Positions 50,279 to 62,837 of a DNA stretch of 64,000 nt are shown here, one piece after another. The stretch's first letter is position 1; each line of letters starts with the position of its first letter. A program made the translations under genes and the position numbers. The notes below the pieces were generated by a model. It worked only from the letters and a program-made list of their open reading frames with translations, was not told the origin of the DNA and ran no database searches. The DNA comes from Phoronis australis. Taxonomy: Eukaryota; Animalia; Phoronida. The DNA lies in contig NMRA01000021.1 in assembly GCA_002633005.1 (NCBI GenBank), positions 844,298-908,297 on the forward strand, written 5' to 3'.

Positions 50279-51317
50279 GTTAGTTTCTTGAAACTTTATT
50301 ACATTCATTTCCAAGTACACGTACAGGAGCTGTTAATGTTTCGATTAAAGTGCCATTTCCAAGAGGCAGGCTGATTAACAAATTAGTCTAAAATGTTTTG
50401 CCCTATGACAAAAATTAGCTTCTATAAAACCTGCCATTGATATAGGTTGTCAGCTTTTTAGTAACAGCCGTGAATGTTACGTTTGGTTTGGAAATCATTT
50501 TCTACAATCATCTGGAAATATCAACTGTTGGCAACGGTGATTTCCTTTCGTTCACAAATCTCAAAAGCAAACAAGCGGATACATTTACTATACTTGAAGA
50601 ACTGAATGATATCAGATTACCCAAAATCATGATCACTTCTTCAGGGACTGGCTGAAGTTAGTTTCCCCGGTGGGGGGGGGGGGTACTGGGTTACATTTTT
50701 GACGAAGATGCAGCTGGAAAGTTTGGATACTCACTCCCATTAGAGAGAGAACTCGAAAAGGGGACCCGTTTGCGGAGAAGTTCCATGAAAACCGGCCACC
50801 CTGTGGGTTTTGTTACAGGGGCACCACCGTTTATATTTTTGACAAAATGCTTTTTATGTGCAAATACATGCACGTTAGGGTGATTTTGCCGTCACTTCTC
50901 GTGGCATCCGCTAATGTATCTTCTTGGCAGATGTGTTCACGATAGAAGATGACTTTCCGTCTCCTCCGACCATTACTGTGACCCCTATAGGGACAATTTG
51001 ATTTTGACGTTTGCTTATTTATTTTTGGAGTTCCTCAGCGAGTTTTACTGATTTTTGGCAAATAACTTTCTATTAAAGAGACTAAGACACATTGCCATTT
51101 TCGAACAGATTCTGCGTATTCGTAGCGAAATTTTTTGTTTTTTTGGTTCCATCTCTCCTTAAGTAAAACCGCTCAGAGGATCGTGTAACGGAAATTTGAT
51201 GATATGTTGCTATTGAGAAGAGCACGGCTGACGTTGAATGTCGGATGGGCCCGAATACTGTGGCGTCGTTTATTGTTAGTTGTGTCCGCAGCTGTATCGT
51301 CTTGACTCTTTGCACTA

Positions 51318-52467
51318 TTTTTATGCTCCCACATATTTATATGTGGTCGCATATTGCGTCATCGCTGTCTGTGCGTCCGTCGTCCGGCATCCCCAGGCTG
51401 CATCTCCTAAACCCTCACAGGTTCTTTGTGAAGCAGACGAATGATGACTACAAATTTCGTACCTGTCCGACTACAGGTGTGCCCCCAAGTGTCAATTTTA
51501 CTTTTTACGCTTACCTCTGAATCTTGAGAGGTCCTCAACGGATTTTCATTAAATTTGGCGGTGAGGCATCTATTAATTAGTGTGATGATGCCATCCCCCG
51601 TTTTCGGACGGATTCGATGTACTTTGCGCCATCTAGTGGCCTTTTTTACTGTTTTCGAATATGGTTTTGGCATCTGCTCCTCTGTCTACCAAACCACTTC
51701 AAGGATGATTGTGAAAATTGGAATATATGTTCCTAAAGTGAAGAAGAGGCAGACAACGATTTTCCGACGACCTCGACAACTGTGGCGCCTCCTAGTGGCA
51801 GTTTCTTCACGCTCATGTCTGTATCTTCTAAACGCACTGCAGGATCTTTATTAAATTTAGCAAGTGTATTTACATGAGCTTGACAACAAACGACGACGAC
51901 GACTTTCAGTGTGCCCCCTACTGACATTTTTTTTTAATTTTACTTCTGAATTTTCAAAGGTCCTTAACGTATTTTTATAAAATTTGGCAGATAGGCATCT
52001 ACTGAGCCGACGCTATCACTCGTTTTCGGTTAGATTCGCGGTATTTTGCGCCACCTAGTGACCATTTCACTGTTTTCGAGTCTTGTTACTTTGCGCCTGC
52101 ACCTCTGTCAACCTAACCACTCAAAGGATGGTTGTGGAAATTGGTACTTTTGTTCCTATTGTGATGAGGAAGTCTGTCAGCGACTTCATGTTCTGTGGCG
52201 CTTTTTAGTGGCAGTTATGTCTTTTTGCGCTTATAGCCTCCTAGTGGCTACTTCATTCTGTTGGTTTTCTTCTGTTTCTCAGAAGTTCTCTGACGGACTT
52301 TTTGAAATTTGGTAAATAGGTTTGATGACACATACCAATTCTCGGATGGATTCGACGTATTTTGCGTCATCTAGTGGCCATTTTTATGTTCCAAATAAAC
52401 ACCCCCAGATGCCACTGTTTGCGGTGCATTCATGGGCCCATTTCAACGCTCCGCGTTGATCTTGTTT
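51318..52467 (+). mobile_element. Helentron-associated (HINE/DINE-1-like) element with internal tandem repeats, in intron 4
   Basis: Has a 5' tttttatgctcccac..ggtcgcata subTIR/IR, a gtcc/gtct microsatellite, degenerate internal repeats, and a 3' hairpin tcaacgc-tcc-gcgttga followed by tcttgttt. Confidence 0.65.
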
Positions 52468-53766
52468 GAAATGTTCCAAGTATCGTCCGCCTATGTATGA
52501 CAACTGATAACGACCTCTTTCGCACGGATCTGACTACCGTTGTGGTAATTTCAGTTGTTTACGTTGGTCTTTGTATCTTTTATCACCTTGATAGATTTTC
52601 ATATTGGACAGATGGGTTTCTGTTTCTGTTGAGGAAAGGACGACCGCCGTCGATATGGAGAGAGGATACAATGGCACCTGCCCGGCCAGTTTCTGATTGG
52701 TTCGACCTTTTCGGCGCCCCCTGTTGGGCACGTTTGATTATTTTCTTGTCTGTGTTTTGTGTCAGGCTCCCTTTATCCACAAACCATCATGAAGCATGGC
52801 AAATGTATTTTTATTGAGGAGAGTATGACCAACGTAAATTCTCCAGCTGCTCGGCTACTGTAACTGGCCCCTGCTATGAAATTTTAATTTTCTTTGCATC
52901 TGCCGCATTGTCTACTAAGTTGTCTGATGAGTCATCCTGAAATTTCACACTCGCATTTCTGTTCAAGAGAGCTCGATTTTGAACGGATCTGACATATTTG
53001 GGTGCTCCCTAAATCTGTTGCTGGCGATATCAGCTTGCCAAATTTCCTAACTGATTTTCAGATTCTTTAGGCGTGTCTAATTGACCAACATGTCATTATG
53101 TTTGTACCTAGACGAATTAAAACTGGTATGAAGCCTCCTTTATGTCAAAAACAACTAATTTATTTAGACCATTTAGTGGTTCCTTACCCCAGTTAAAAGT
53201 GATGTTTGGCAAGAAAAAGATAGCTCTTCATTGTACGAGACCAAGCTCATGATATAGTTGTCTGGTCTGGTCCTTTGGTGTGACGAGCAAAGTCTGAAAG
53301 GGCTGCCGGTTCTCCCCATTCCCAGAAGTAACGTCTAAAATGAGTGAGGGACAAACTTAAGTCCGGTGTAGTTGGTAGCAACTGTCCTACACACTGGAGT
53401 TGTTTTGACACTAATGATGTTAAATTTGTAGCTTTTATTACCATGTTATGCACTTTTCGTGTTTTAGTTGCATTTACAAATACTATACTAGACAGTTAAT
53501 TGTTTGTAAGTTGTAGTTAACAAGCAGTCGCGTAAAATGGGTTGCTTTGTCAATGTCATGGTTTTATAGAAGCTAAAGTGTCTATGTCTTCTCTTCAAAT
53601 CTGGGTCTCGTTTCACAACACAATATACTTGATAGTTAAGGCTAGTACCGTCTAGTATATTGCTTGCAATAATGCGTGGCGATATCTCACAAACATGTGT
53701 GCGATTTGTCTAAACTAGAAAGACAACATCCTTACAGATCACAACCCAGTTGATGTTGTCTTTCAG

Positions 53767-53871
53767 GGTTGTGGCAAAACATATAAAGGTATTACGACCT
53801 CCCCAGGATTTGGCTAGGTATCACATGATCAAGCATAAAAAAGACGACAGTAACCCGGATAACCATAGAAG
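53767..53871 (+). CDS. GT7 glycosyltransferase coding exon 5 (MIKH metal-binding motif)
   Basis: ttcag| (R)VVAKHIKVLRPPQDLARYHMIKHKKDDSNPDNHR |gttagt. Confidence 0.93.
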
Positions 53872-54433
53872 GTTAGTACGTGACGCTGTTGACAGTGTGT
53901 ACATGGTTACATGTACAAACTGACCAAGGAAATGCTATTAAGTCACACATTTTGTCCGAAACGAAACTTTTTGTTTACGCCTAAAAACCGTCTCATGTCG
54001 CTCCTTATTGATTAGAACTGATTTCCAGCATTTGCTTCTTATTGTAAAGTTTATGATGTCACCTACATGTACTCTTTGGTAGGCCGGAAACAAATTGTGT
54101 GAAGATATGTGCTTTACAAGCTTAAAATACAAACCGATCCGAAATTCCCAGTCATAACGGCCGGGCGGAAGCCGAATTCATCGTCAGAGAAATCTTCCCT
54201 CATGACCGACCTGTTTAAAACAGGAAAGTTAGCAAGATGGCTAAACCGTTTTGTGTATAGAATTTTGCAACCCTAATAGTTTCAGTGCTACCAGTATTTT
54301 TACTGGTATTTACTAGATTACGTTTGTCTTGTATTGCACATGTGGAGATAGTCGGTCGGATCCCGGACTGAAATGATGGAACCCATATTAAGGTTAATGA
54401 GCCCGCACTCACGTGCTCTTTTTCTTCTTTCAG

Positions 54434-54551
54434 GTTTGGTTTGCGTGGCACTCAGCTTAAAGGAGACGGATTAAGCACAATTAAATATAAACTTGTAGCG
54501 GAGCGAACAAAGAAACTTTATAGGTGGTTACTGTTTGATTTGTCCGATTAA
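54434..54551 (+). CDS. GT7 glycosyltransferase final coding exon
   Basis: ttcag| (R)FGLRGTQLKGDGLSTIKYKLVAERTKKLYRWLLFDLSD*, containing the DGL..Y..LY motif. The spliced CDS totals 1146 nt. Confidence 0.93.
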
Positions 54552-54582
54552 AATTGTTTAGTTGTTCTGTTATTTGTTGGAA

Positions 54583-54588
54583 AATAAA
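54583..54588 (+). promoter_or_regulatory. Candidate polyadenylation signal AATAAA
   Basis: 32 nt after the stop codon. The hexamer is common in AT-rich DNA. Confidence 0.4.
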
Positions 54589-57500
54589 TGAAACCTGTCA
54601 TATTCAAAGGTGTCGAATTTCAAAGTGGAACACACGATCACCAAGTGACAGCTCGTAATGAAGACGCCGACAACTTTCGGTTTGTGTTTAGAAATGTATT
54701 CACTCCGTCAGTTTGCCGTCAGCGCAGAAGAGTGCCTAGAGACGTTACGACTTACAGAACACCGACTTTGGGTAGGCAATTTCACTGATTACTGAAATTG
54801 CTTGTTTCTAAGCAAAACTTTTAAGTCGCTATGGAGCGACACAGAAGGATTGTCCATAATTTCTCATTGTTAAGGGAAAGTATGGTACATAAAAGATATC
54901 TGATAGAGGCCGACCGGCATCTTCGATTTCGGGGTCCAGTATCGGCCTTGTTCCTCGATGAAGAAAATATTTAAAAAATCATACGCGAAAATTCAAATAA
55001 CGCTCATCAAGCCCTAAAATTACCCCACCCCCAACGATTAACAAATTTCCACGATGTTAGAACCACTTATGCCGATGCCAGGTAGTGAACTAGTGGTAAA
55101 ATTCGTGGTGACGGAGGCGGGGATTTCCCCTCGAGCAAAAAATCATCCCTTAAAAGTCACGAGCACATTTCCCCACAGGTAATCAAGAGTCCTGACGGGT
55201 GTATTGGAATGAAACCATTTGCAGTTTTCTTGCTTACCGACTGACCAATCACTCACGTCTCTAGTTGGTTGAGGTTGTGTGATAGCCTAGAAAATACCAG
55301 AAACGGCTACTCTCATTCAAATGAGACCTTTTATATTATGTTTTATACAGTGTTCTTCAAAACAATATTATTGATTTTAAAATGTTTCACTTTTTTATGA
55401 GACCCAGAGAGGCTTTAAAAATTAAGAAATTTCATGATTTCATGAAAGAGATCAAAAGTTGCAGAAAATAAAAGCCAATGATGATTTAGGAAACGGATAC
55501 ATCTTAAGATTTCGTCTTGAACAATGGTATGAAGTGCTAAAGTTTTTCAGAATCGTCACAGTTCTCTTAGACGCAGCGCTACAATGGGGCTATTCGGAGA
55601 ATTCTCCTCGCGGTGTCGCTGCTGTACTAGTGGTGATTGAATTGCGCATGCGTGGCTGTCTGCATGTAAACAACTGGTAAAAGATGGAATTTTTATCAAA
55701 ATACGTCGTCGCGCTAAGCCTCATTACTGCTAANATTGATCGCTTTGTCTATGTGACTCGGCCCGTTTTAATCGTTTGCTCATGACTACGCCACTCATGA
55801 CATACATGTACATGTAGGTGTGTCAAGCTATCACAGTTTGTCTGCTATCGGCACGGCCAGTTTTCCACGCTGCTGCCATAGGACGTCCACTGTGCGACAC
55901 TTCTTATACAAACGCGATTCTCACTATTAAACACCTACCATAGTATTATGTACACACATTTCCCGAAGTACTTACACTGTCTGCGCACAATTCACAGACA
56001 GAACTGTAGGTATATGAGTGCTAAATATCTTTTCTGAAACAGCCGAAGATCACTCGCCTTGTTCTCTATATGAAATGGACCGATGTTCTCAAAAATTGAT
56101 CCTACTACAATTTGTGCGTGCTCATGTCTGCAGTAACCTTAAGTGAATCAAATTGTTTTCATTCTCCATGATTGTACATAGCTGTCTTGTACAAATGCAG
56201 TTCTCGTTTGATAGACATTGATATAGCGTAATAAAGGCGCAAAACCGACAGTTGCCGCCCCCGCTTAGCAAATGGTGGGGAGAATGTAAGAGCGTGCGTC
56301 GCTCGCCGATATGTTTCTGAGAGCAACCATGTCAACGTGACGCAGATCTTAAAAGTAGATCTTATGTTTCACGTATAACACTGATGCTTGTTTTGAAGGA
56401 CAAAAACAATTATGCAAATCGAAACGCCATTTTTATAAATATTTATTGAATAAAATACAGATAACATAACATAACATAACATAATTGGAAACCTAAAGCA
56501 AACTACATGTAATCTCGGTCACAAACTTACAGACATGCACATCTGTGGCAGAGGTCGTTTGCAACTCCCAAGTTATATCAAAATAAAAACACCCTAAGGG
56601 TCTGATTTGGTGAGTATCAGCTCGCCATTGTGCGAGCTGAAGTTGCATTTGAGTTCGAGTTCGAGTCTGAAATTAGGCACCGGGCCCTGAGCTTGAGGCT
56701 TACTCGTGATCTCAGTTTTTTGTAACTCAACTCGCAAACGTTTGTTTAATACAGAGAGCAGGCACCCTTAGCGAGTCGACATGTTATATTCATCGGATTA
56801 TATCACATTTGACTCAACCCAACAGTGCTCATTAAGAACTATCACTGGATAAACGTATTTGTTTTACAGTGATCGAAAAGGATACCAAAGAAACCCTGTT
56901 TCGTCCCATGAACAGACTGATATGAAAAACGATTTATCTGTCCCGAATTCTCTGAAACAAAAGTTTGACATTTTGAAAATTTCAAAAAATTGGTCAAGCG
57001 TAACCTATGCTATTGTCAAATTACAAGGCAACTGTGGAGAAAGACCAAGCGCTGAGAACTACAAAATCCAATCTCTGACAAAGGTAGTATGAGTTTTTAG
57101 CTGATTCCTCCTTTTATCGTTCAAGATTGACACCAAAGAATGACCACTGACAGAACGAGAATTGGCATAATTGAATGATCAAAACAGGGTTTACTATCCT
57201 TTTAAGTTCAAGTAGTATTACCTTGGTAGATTAAAAGTTGATTGCTGTAAGGTATTGATAGCTTGTGACAGTAATTTGAACATAAATGTGCAGCTTACTA
57301 ATCAATTTTAATTATCAGCCGGAAACAGCTATCAGTGTCGCTTCTTAGCTGCAAAGCGCCACCTTTTAACGGCAAAGCCATTGTATGAGGCACTTGACCA
57401 TATTCGTGAAGAACAAGCGGCGCCAGTGTGTACGCTTCGGAAATCTTGAAAAGAGATCATTTTAATGAATTCATGAAAACCATCTCCACGACTTATTTAC

Positions 57501-58066
57501 GTGGGCTGATGACAGCAAAGGACAAAAACAAAATTATTAGTCATAGGTGAAAAGTGTATCATAACAGCATTCTAACATTAACCCGACCTCAATTACTAAG
57601 TGCCAAGTCACCTATGTCAGACTACCAATTAAAAACGCATTAAGATAAGAACAACAACAGAATACGCGTTTACTACGAAGCCAACACTGCGTGTATTATC
57701 TTACTCATATGGTGTATATTAGCTTTCGCGAAAGTAGTTCACTTGTGTCATTTTGCTCGGTAGACGGCGCTTTTGTAAACATGGTGGCTCGCGATTTCTA
57801 GTTTAGGCAGCTATCGCGTTTCTGAATCAACATAACTGTTACAGAACAACTGTTGTAATGCCGAGTCAGGTCAATCCCCGAACCGGAAATCTAACCTGGA
57901 CCAACCATGTACGCCTATACGGTTGTGCATGTATGAAAATTAGTTAAAAGGGGGTCTGAAGGTAAATTGGTGATTTTTGACACCTCACAGGCTCACTGTG
58001 ACTAGTGGCCTTTTGGACTTCGACTTCAGAGTTCAGTTATTTCACACCTAACTACTTTTGAAACAA

Positions 58067-58460
58067 CCCTTACAAATATGAACTTAAGTTTTCATCGAAA
58101 AACTTAAGTTTTTGGCGAAAACTTAGGTATTTTGGAACAAGTTTTTTGGAACGAACTTAAGTTTTTCAAAAACTTAAGTTTTCTGAAAACTTAAGTTTTA
58201 AAAACTTAATACGTTCGTTCAAAAAAACTTGTTTCAAAATACTTAAGTTTTTCAAAAATTTAAGTTTCTGAAACTTAAGTTTTTGGAAAACTTAAGTTTC
58301 AGAAACTTAAGTTTTTGAAAAACTTAAGTTTTGGAACAAGTTTTTAGTAACAAACATAAGTCATCAAAACTCAATTTTTTGAAAACTAAGTTTTCCGAAC
58401 ATAAGTTTTCAAGGAACTAACTTTTGAAAACAAAAGTTTTCTAAAAGCAGTAAGTTTCAA
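58067..58460. repeat. Array of palindromic AAAACTTAAGTTTT units, probable CMC/EnSpm-like subterminal region
   Basis: More than a dozen ~20 bp-spaced, partly degenerate units follow a CCCTTACAAA start. Confidence 0.7.
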
Positions 58461-59330
58461 TAGGACAGGCATTCAAAAATTTCGCTAAAACAACTTTCAC
58501 TAAAACAAGAGTGGAGTACAGTAACAAATTTAATGATTCTCATAAAAATTTAACAAACTAGAATTCTATTAACATTTCATTAACAGTGATTAATTGCAGA
58601 AAACAAAATGCACTTCCTAAAATACACTAGTTCCTTAAAATAAGTGAACATTAGGGATATATCAAAATCTTAAAAACCAGAAACATTTCAAAAATCAGTT
58701 CATCAGGTGTTATGCATACAATGCAGTGAAAACTAAATGGGGCTAATAATATATTCATATTTGCATCGTTCTCAGTCTATGACAATTATGCAATAACTGA
58801 GGGAGCAAAATGGAATGTACAAACAAAGAAATCACTACCAAATCATGAAACACAACCAAAGAAAATGTGATTACATAGCCAGGGAGGACTACAACAAAAG
58901 TCTACGTTTCAACAGCAGACTTTTTCAACTAAAATTACAGCAATGACACCAAGAATAACATATCACTTAATATGCAAAATCCAAGAATATCCGCAGAGAC
59001 AAACGCATAACAGGTAACTAAAACTTTATCGACAATGGCCACAGGTCTGGTTTTGGGAAGTACAATCCTTATGCTAGAAATAGTGCTTAGAATCACCTAT
59101 AATTGTTTTCAACCTTAAAAATATCAATTTAAAAGTCAAAGTTTCGTTTTGTTAACAATCATAATAACAGTAAATCCAATACACTCCATGGTGCGAACAA
59201 ATTTCACTAAAAGTAACCGTAAGTACAACCTGGTTATACGAGATGGAAATTAGAAAACTTAGACCTTTGACCACAAAAATATTTTTTTTCCTTTAATTTA
59301 AAGCTACTGAACTTCATACACATATCTATA

Positions 59331-59821
59331 GGGTCTTTCATACTAACATCGACGCGTTCATCGACGTTAATGTCAGTATGAACGTTTAAACTTTGGTCCT
59401 GGAAGGAAGTTAACAGCGACAGTTAACTTCGCACTAAACAGGTGGATTTAATTGCTTAGCGTCAATGCTGCCACGCAGTATAAGCGATCAACTTCGGTCC
59501 TTCGAAGTTATTGCCAGGGGCCACTGTTATCATTAACAAATGCATAGTAGTGTGATGGCTAATAGTTGCTTATTTCTTGCTCTAATAATCACCAATCAAT
59601 TTAAAAATAAGTTTTATGTCAATTAACACAATGTAAATGTGCCCAAGTTGTCACATCTTAGCGTGCAGTGCTACCTTGCGATACCTTCGATCACGACAGC
59701 GTCACCTACTGTTTACTTCGAAGTTCATTAACTACCGAAGCCAGAATGAACGGTCCAGTTAACTTCGCAGTATACGCCAATGCTCCGCACAGACAAGAGT
59801 TAAGTCAATGTGAAAGGGCCC
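59331..59821. mobile_element. MITE with GG..CC termini flanked by TA (PIF/Harbinger/ISL2EU-like)
   Basis: TA|gggtctttcatact...aatgtgaaagggccc|TA, with an internal aacttcg repeated motif. Confidence 0.65.
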
Positions 59822-62020
59822 TATGCTAGACCACAAGCCACTTAATCTTCTTTAGCTGGATCTGCTCGCTTAGCTTCACAGGCAAATAATCCATGTTTTG
59901 TGTCTACAAACGCGCGTTTCTGAGCTCGGATAACTGAATTCATAGGTTCATGAGCTGTAGTTCGTAAGTGCGTACGTTGTGTTGTCTGGGTAGCCTTCCT
60001 TATCCAACGATTGTTGAAGGCACACTCTGCAATAAAGACAACAAATTTTAATAACAGACGGGTAAAAGCTTGCTGGATATTTATCGTGCTGTTTATACAA
60101 CACTGATTTGTAAAACTTCCTGACTTATATACAGAGCCTAGAAAATAGTCTTCAAACTCAAAATTTAACCAATCACTCTCTAGGATTCAAGTGCAAGACT
60201 AGTCTGCAAGTTTACTCCTAGCATGCACTGCAGTGGGTCAGTTTTCCAAATACTGTTTTGAATGAAGTTTTAATCCTGGATTCGCGACATTCAAAACAAT
60301 TTTATTCTATACAACTTGAACACAAAACATGCACATGGTCACCTATCATGCTATCACATTCTAGAACAAACCATGCATATGACAAAACTTAATGTGTTAA
60401 TAAAAGTTGGACTTCAGGCTAACCAGGTATCGTGTTCTGTAACTTTTTAGTTCAAGTTCTGTGACAAATTAATTAATGTTTTTATCAAATGATGAAAATG
60501 TTGGCAACTGCAATAAACTACAATTCCCATTATTTTTATGAACTTTTCATTGTTTAATTCGTTAATCTGATAAGAAAATGCACAACTCTACATAATGAAC
60601 AGAGCTAGTTGTTTTCTAACTGGCTGTCTCCAGCCGGCATAGAACTTCTTACAAATGTTTCATGGAATTTAGCCGGCACAACCAGGGTAAGAACTGACAG
60701 TTTAATCTCACTTGTATACTTCCGCGTGTACTTTTTGAAACTTATATAGCAAAACTAAGCTTTACATTGACTTGACCAAATGGCTACAAGAATCAGTGAG
60801 CTTGTTAAAGATTATAAGCCCATTGGCTAAACCAAAGACATATTTCATATTGTTTCAAATTCAAACCCTGATAGCAGCGCTATTTTTAACTCAACAATGA
60901 AACATATGAAGCTCTACCTGCCATGTGGATGTAAACAGCCCAATACCACCCCTGGGTGATTGTTTCGATGCAAATGTTTGGATGTCTAGTTCTTCCTAGT
61001 ACTCCGCCAAGTTAATAGAGACCTGAAAACAATGAGATATTAGCAAACATAACAGTACGTGATAGCTTCTTAAGAATCCAGACATAACCCATTTACAGGG
61101 AATGTTATCCATGTAAAGATCAGGGGCGGTCGGACATAATGGTCCCTGGTTTTGAGAATGAGGCTATCAATATGTTGTAATAACTTCAGCAGGTTCAGTA
61201 GTTATACCTCACGGAGTCACATTGTTAGTGTTAGCCAGACGGACAATGCACACCAGTGACAGCTAATGTCTAGACTTGACCAGGCGAATGCACGTGTTGT
61301 TGTCCACTTTATATTAGAGAAAAATGGAAATCGAACAACTGGACAAGGACATGGTTAAATAAAACTGATGAATGTAACAACTGAATAACATATTATTAAG
61401 TGGATTAGACAGTGACCACCGTCTCTAGCTGGCCCCAGTAGAGACGGTGATGCTCCTCAAGGACTTTCATGCATTGAAATATTTTTGGTGAATTATGCCT
61501 CACACTGATTAAAACATCAAAGTCATGTTGTTATAAGTACCTTTTGCGCATAGAAGGACACCTTAAGATGCCCATTGATGTTTTTTAAAATTCGTTTCAA
61601 TCGATCAAATACTCCCGTAATCAAACTGTTTCTTCGATCAGTCCTTCGTTCGCTTTCCCGAATCGTCAACTGGTCGTTTTACACTGCGCGCCCTCCTATT
61701 TTTACAGCGCTCCCCAGTTTGAGGTACATTGTATAATTCGCCTTAAATGGAGCTTCACTGTTGCTATCGGTGAATGAAACTTGTTATCCATGTGAGGGAC
61801 CATTATATCCGAACAGAGTCCTATTTTGTAATTCTGCATCTATAGAATTTCTCCAAAAGCATAATAAAACGTATTTTCAATCTGCAGTACAAAAAGTGAC
61901 CAGTAATTAAAATTTTACAGCCGTAAATTAACTCACTTGAACACAGATAATTCTAGGAGGCACACCAGCATTGTTAGTAAAAATTGAAAGCCTTAGTTTG
62001 CTATTTACATTTAATTTCAG

Positions 62021-62774
62021 ATGGTGAGCCGTAATGTTCCACTGAAAAAAGAAAGGTCAAAGACATACATATTTTGTGGAAAACTGTTATACTGTGACTC
62101 TAACGCAGATATAATGCTGCATTAAAGCAGAGGTACTTGTATTTTTTGCACTCGTCGACATTCAATTCAACAATGATTTGCTGGACACCAGACCTGTGTT
62201 TATCTGCAGGTCATGCAATTCGTTTAATTCAAAACTCACGCAGCTGCAAAAATCAGCAAGAATGGAGGTCAGCAATCTCAATGCTCAGTTTGAACATCGA
62301 CAGAAACGTGTACTGATTGATTCGTCATCTGTTTCTAAGAAGAAACCATCAGGAGCAAAGGGATAGTTAAGTGGACCATGGGTTTTCAGTATCTGAGGAT
62401 TATCAACAATGCAACCCTTTCCTCTCAAACATGACTAAAGATTCAACTGAGCAAATTGATCGGAAACTGCTGTTCAAAATCAGTACATCTTTGGATGATC
62501 TTTGCAAGACTTCAGACAAAAGTGTGCTTAGACTTCCCATGAGAGACCTGGATGACAGGCTGCTTCTTTGGAAAATTGTGAAAGAAGTGCCAAATCGTTC
62601 ACATGGGCTACCACTTCTGTTACTATGTGTCACTCACTACATATTGGTATGACTAAGAATAACTTCACTGTAGCCATGATGTATGGGATAGCTATGTTTG
62701 CCAGAAACCCTCAACTCTGTGCTGCACACAGGCTATTGACTGCTGTGTGCATTCGTCATCATACTGGCAATGGT
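62021..62774 (+). pseudogene. Disrupted transposase-like exon, possibly AcademH (DUF6589-associated N-terminal region)
   Basis: Frameshifted ORFs with CxxC (ICRSC), then SLDDLCKTSDKSVLR and MMYGIAMFARNPQLCAAHRLL..|gtaagt. The family call rests on motif memory only. Confidence 0.4.
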
Positions 62775-62837
62775 GTAAGTTTGTACATTTTTCATTGCAA
62801 GAGATGGATCACATTTATAACTTGTAATTGTTTTTAA

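Noticed and set aside
52500-53450. Nested gene in intron 4
   Set aside because: Short overlapping ORFs with stops, no coherent splice pattern and no domain.
58080-58460. CRISPR-like array
   Set aside because: No unique spacers, no cas genes, and a eukaryotic context; it is a palindromic tandem array.
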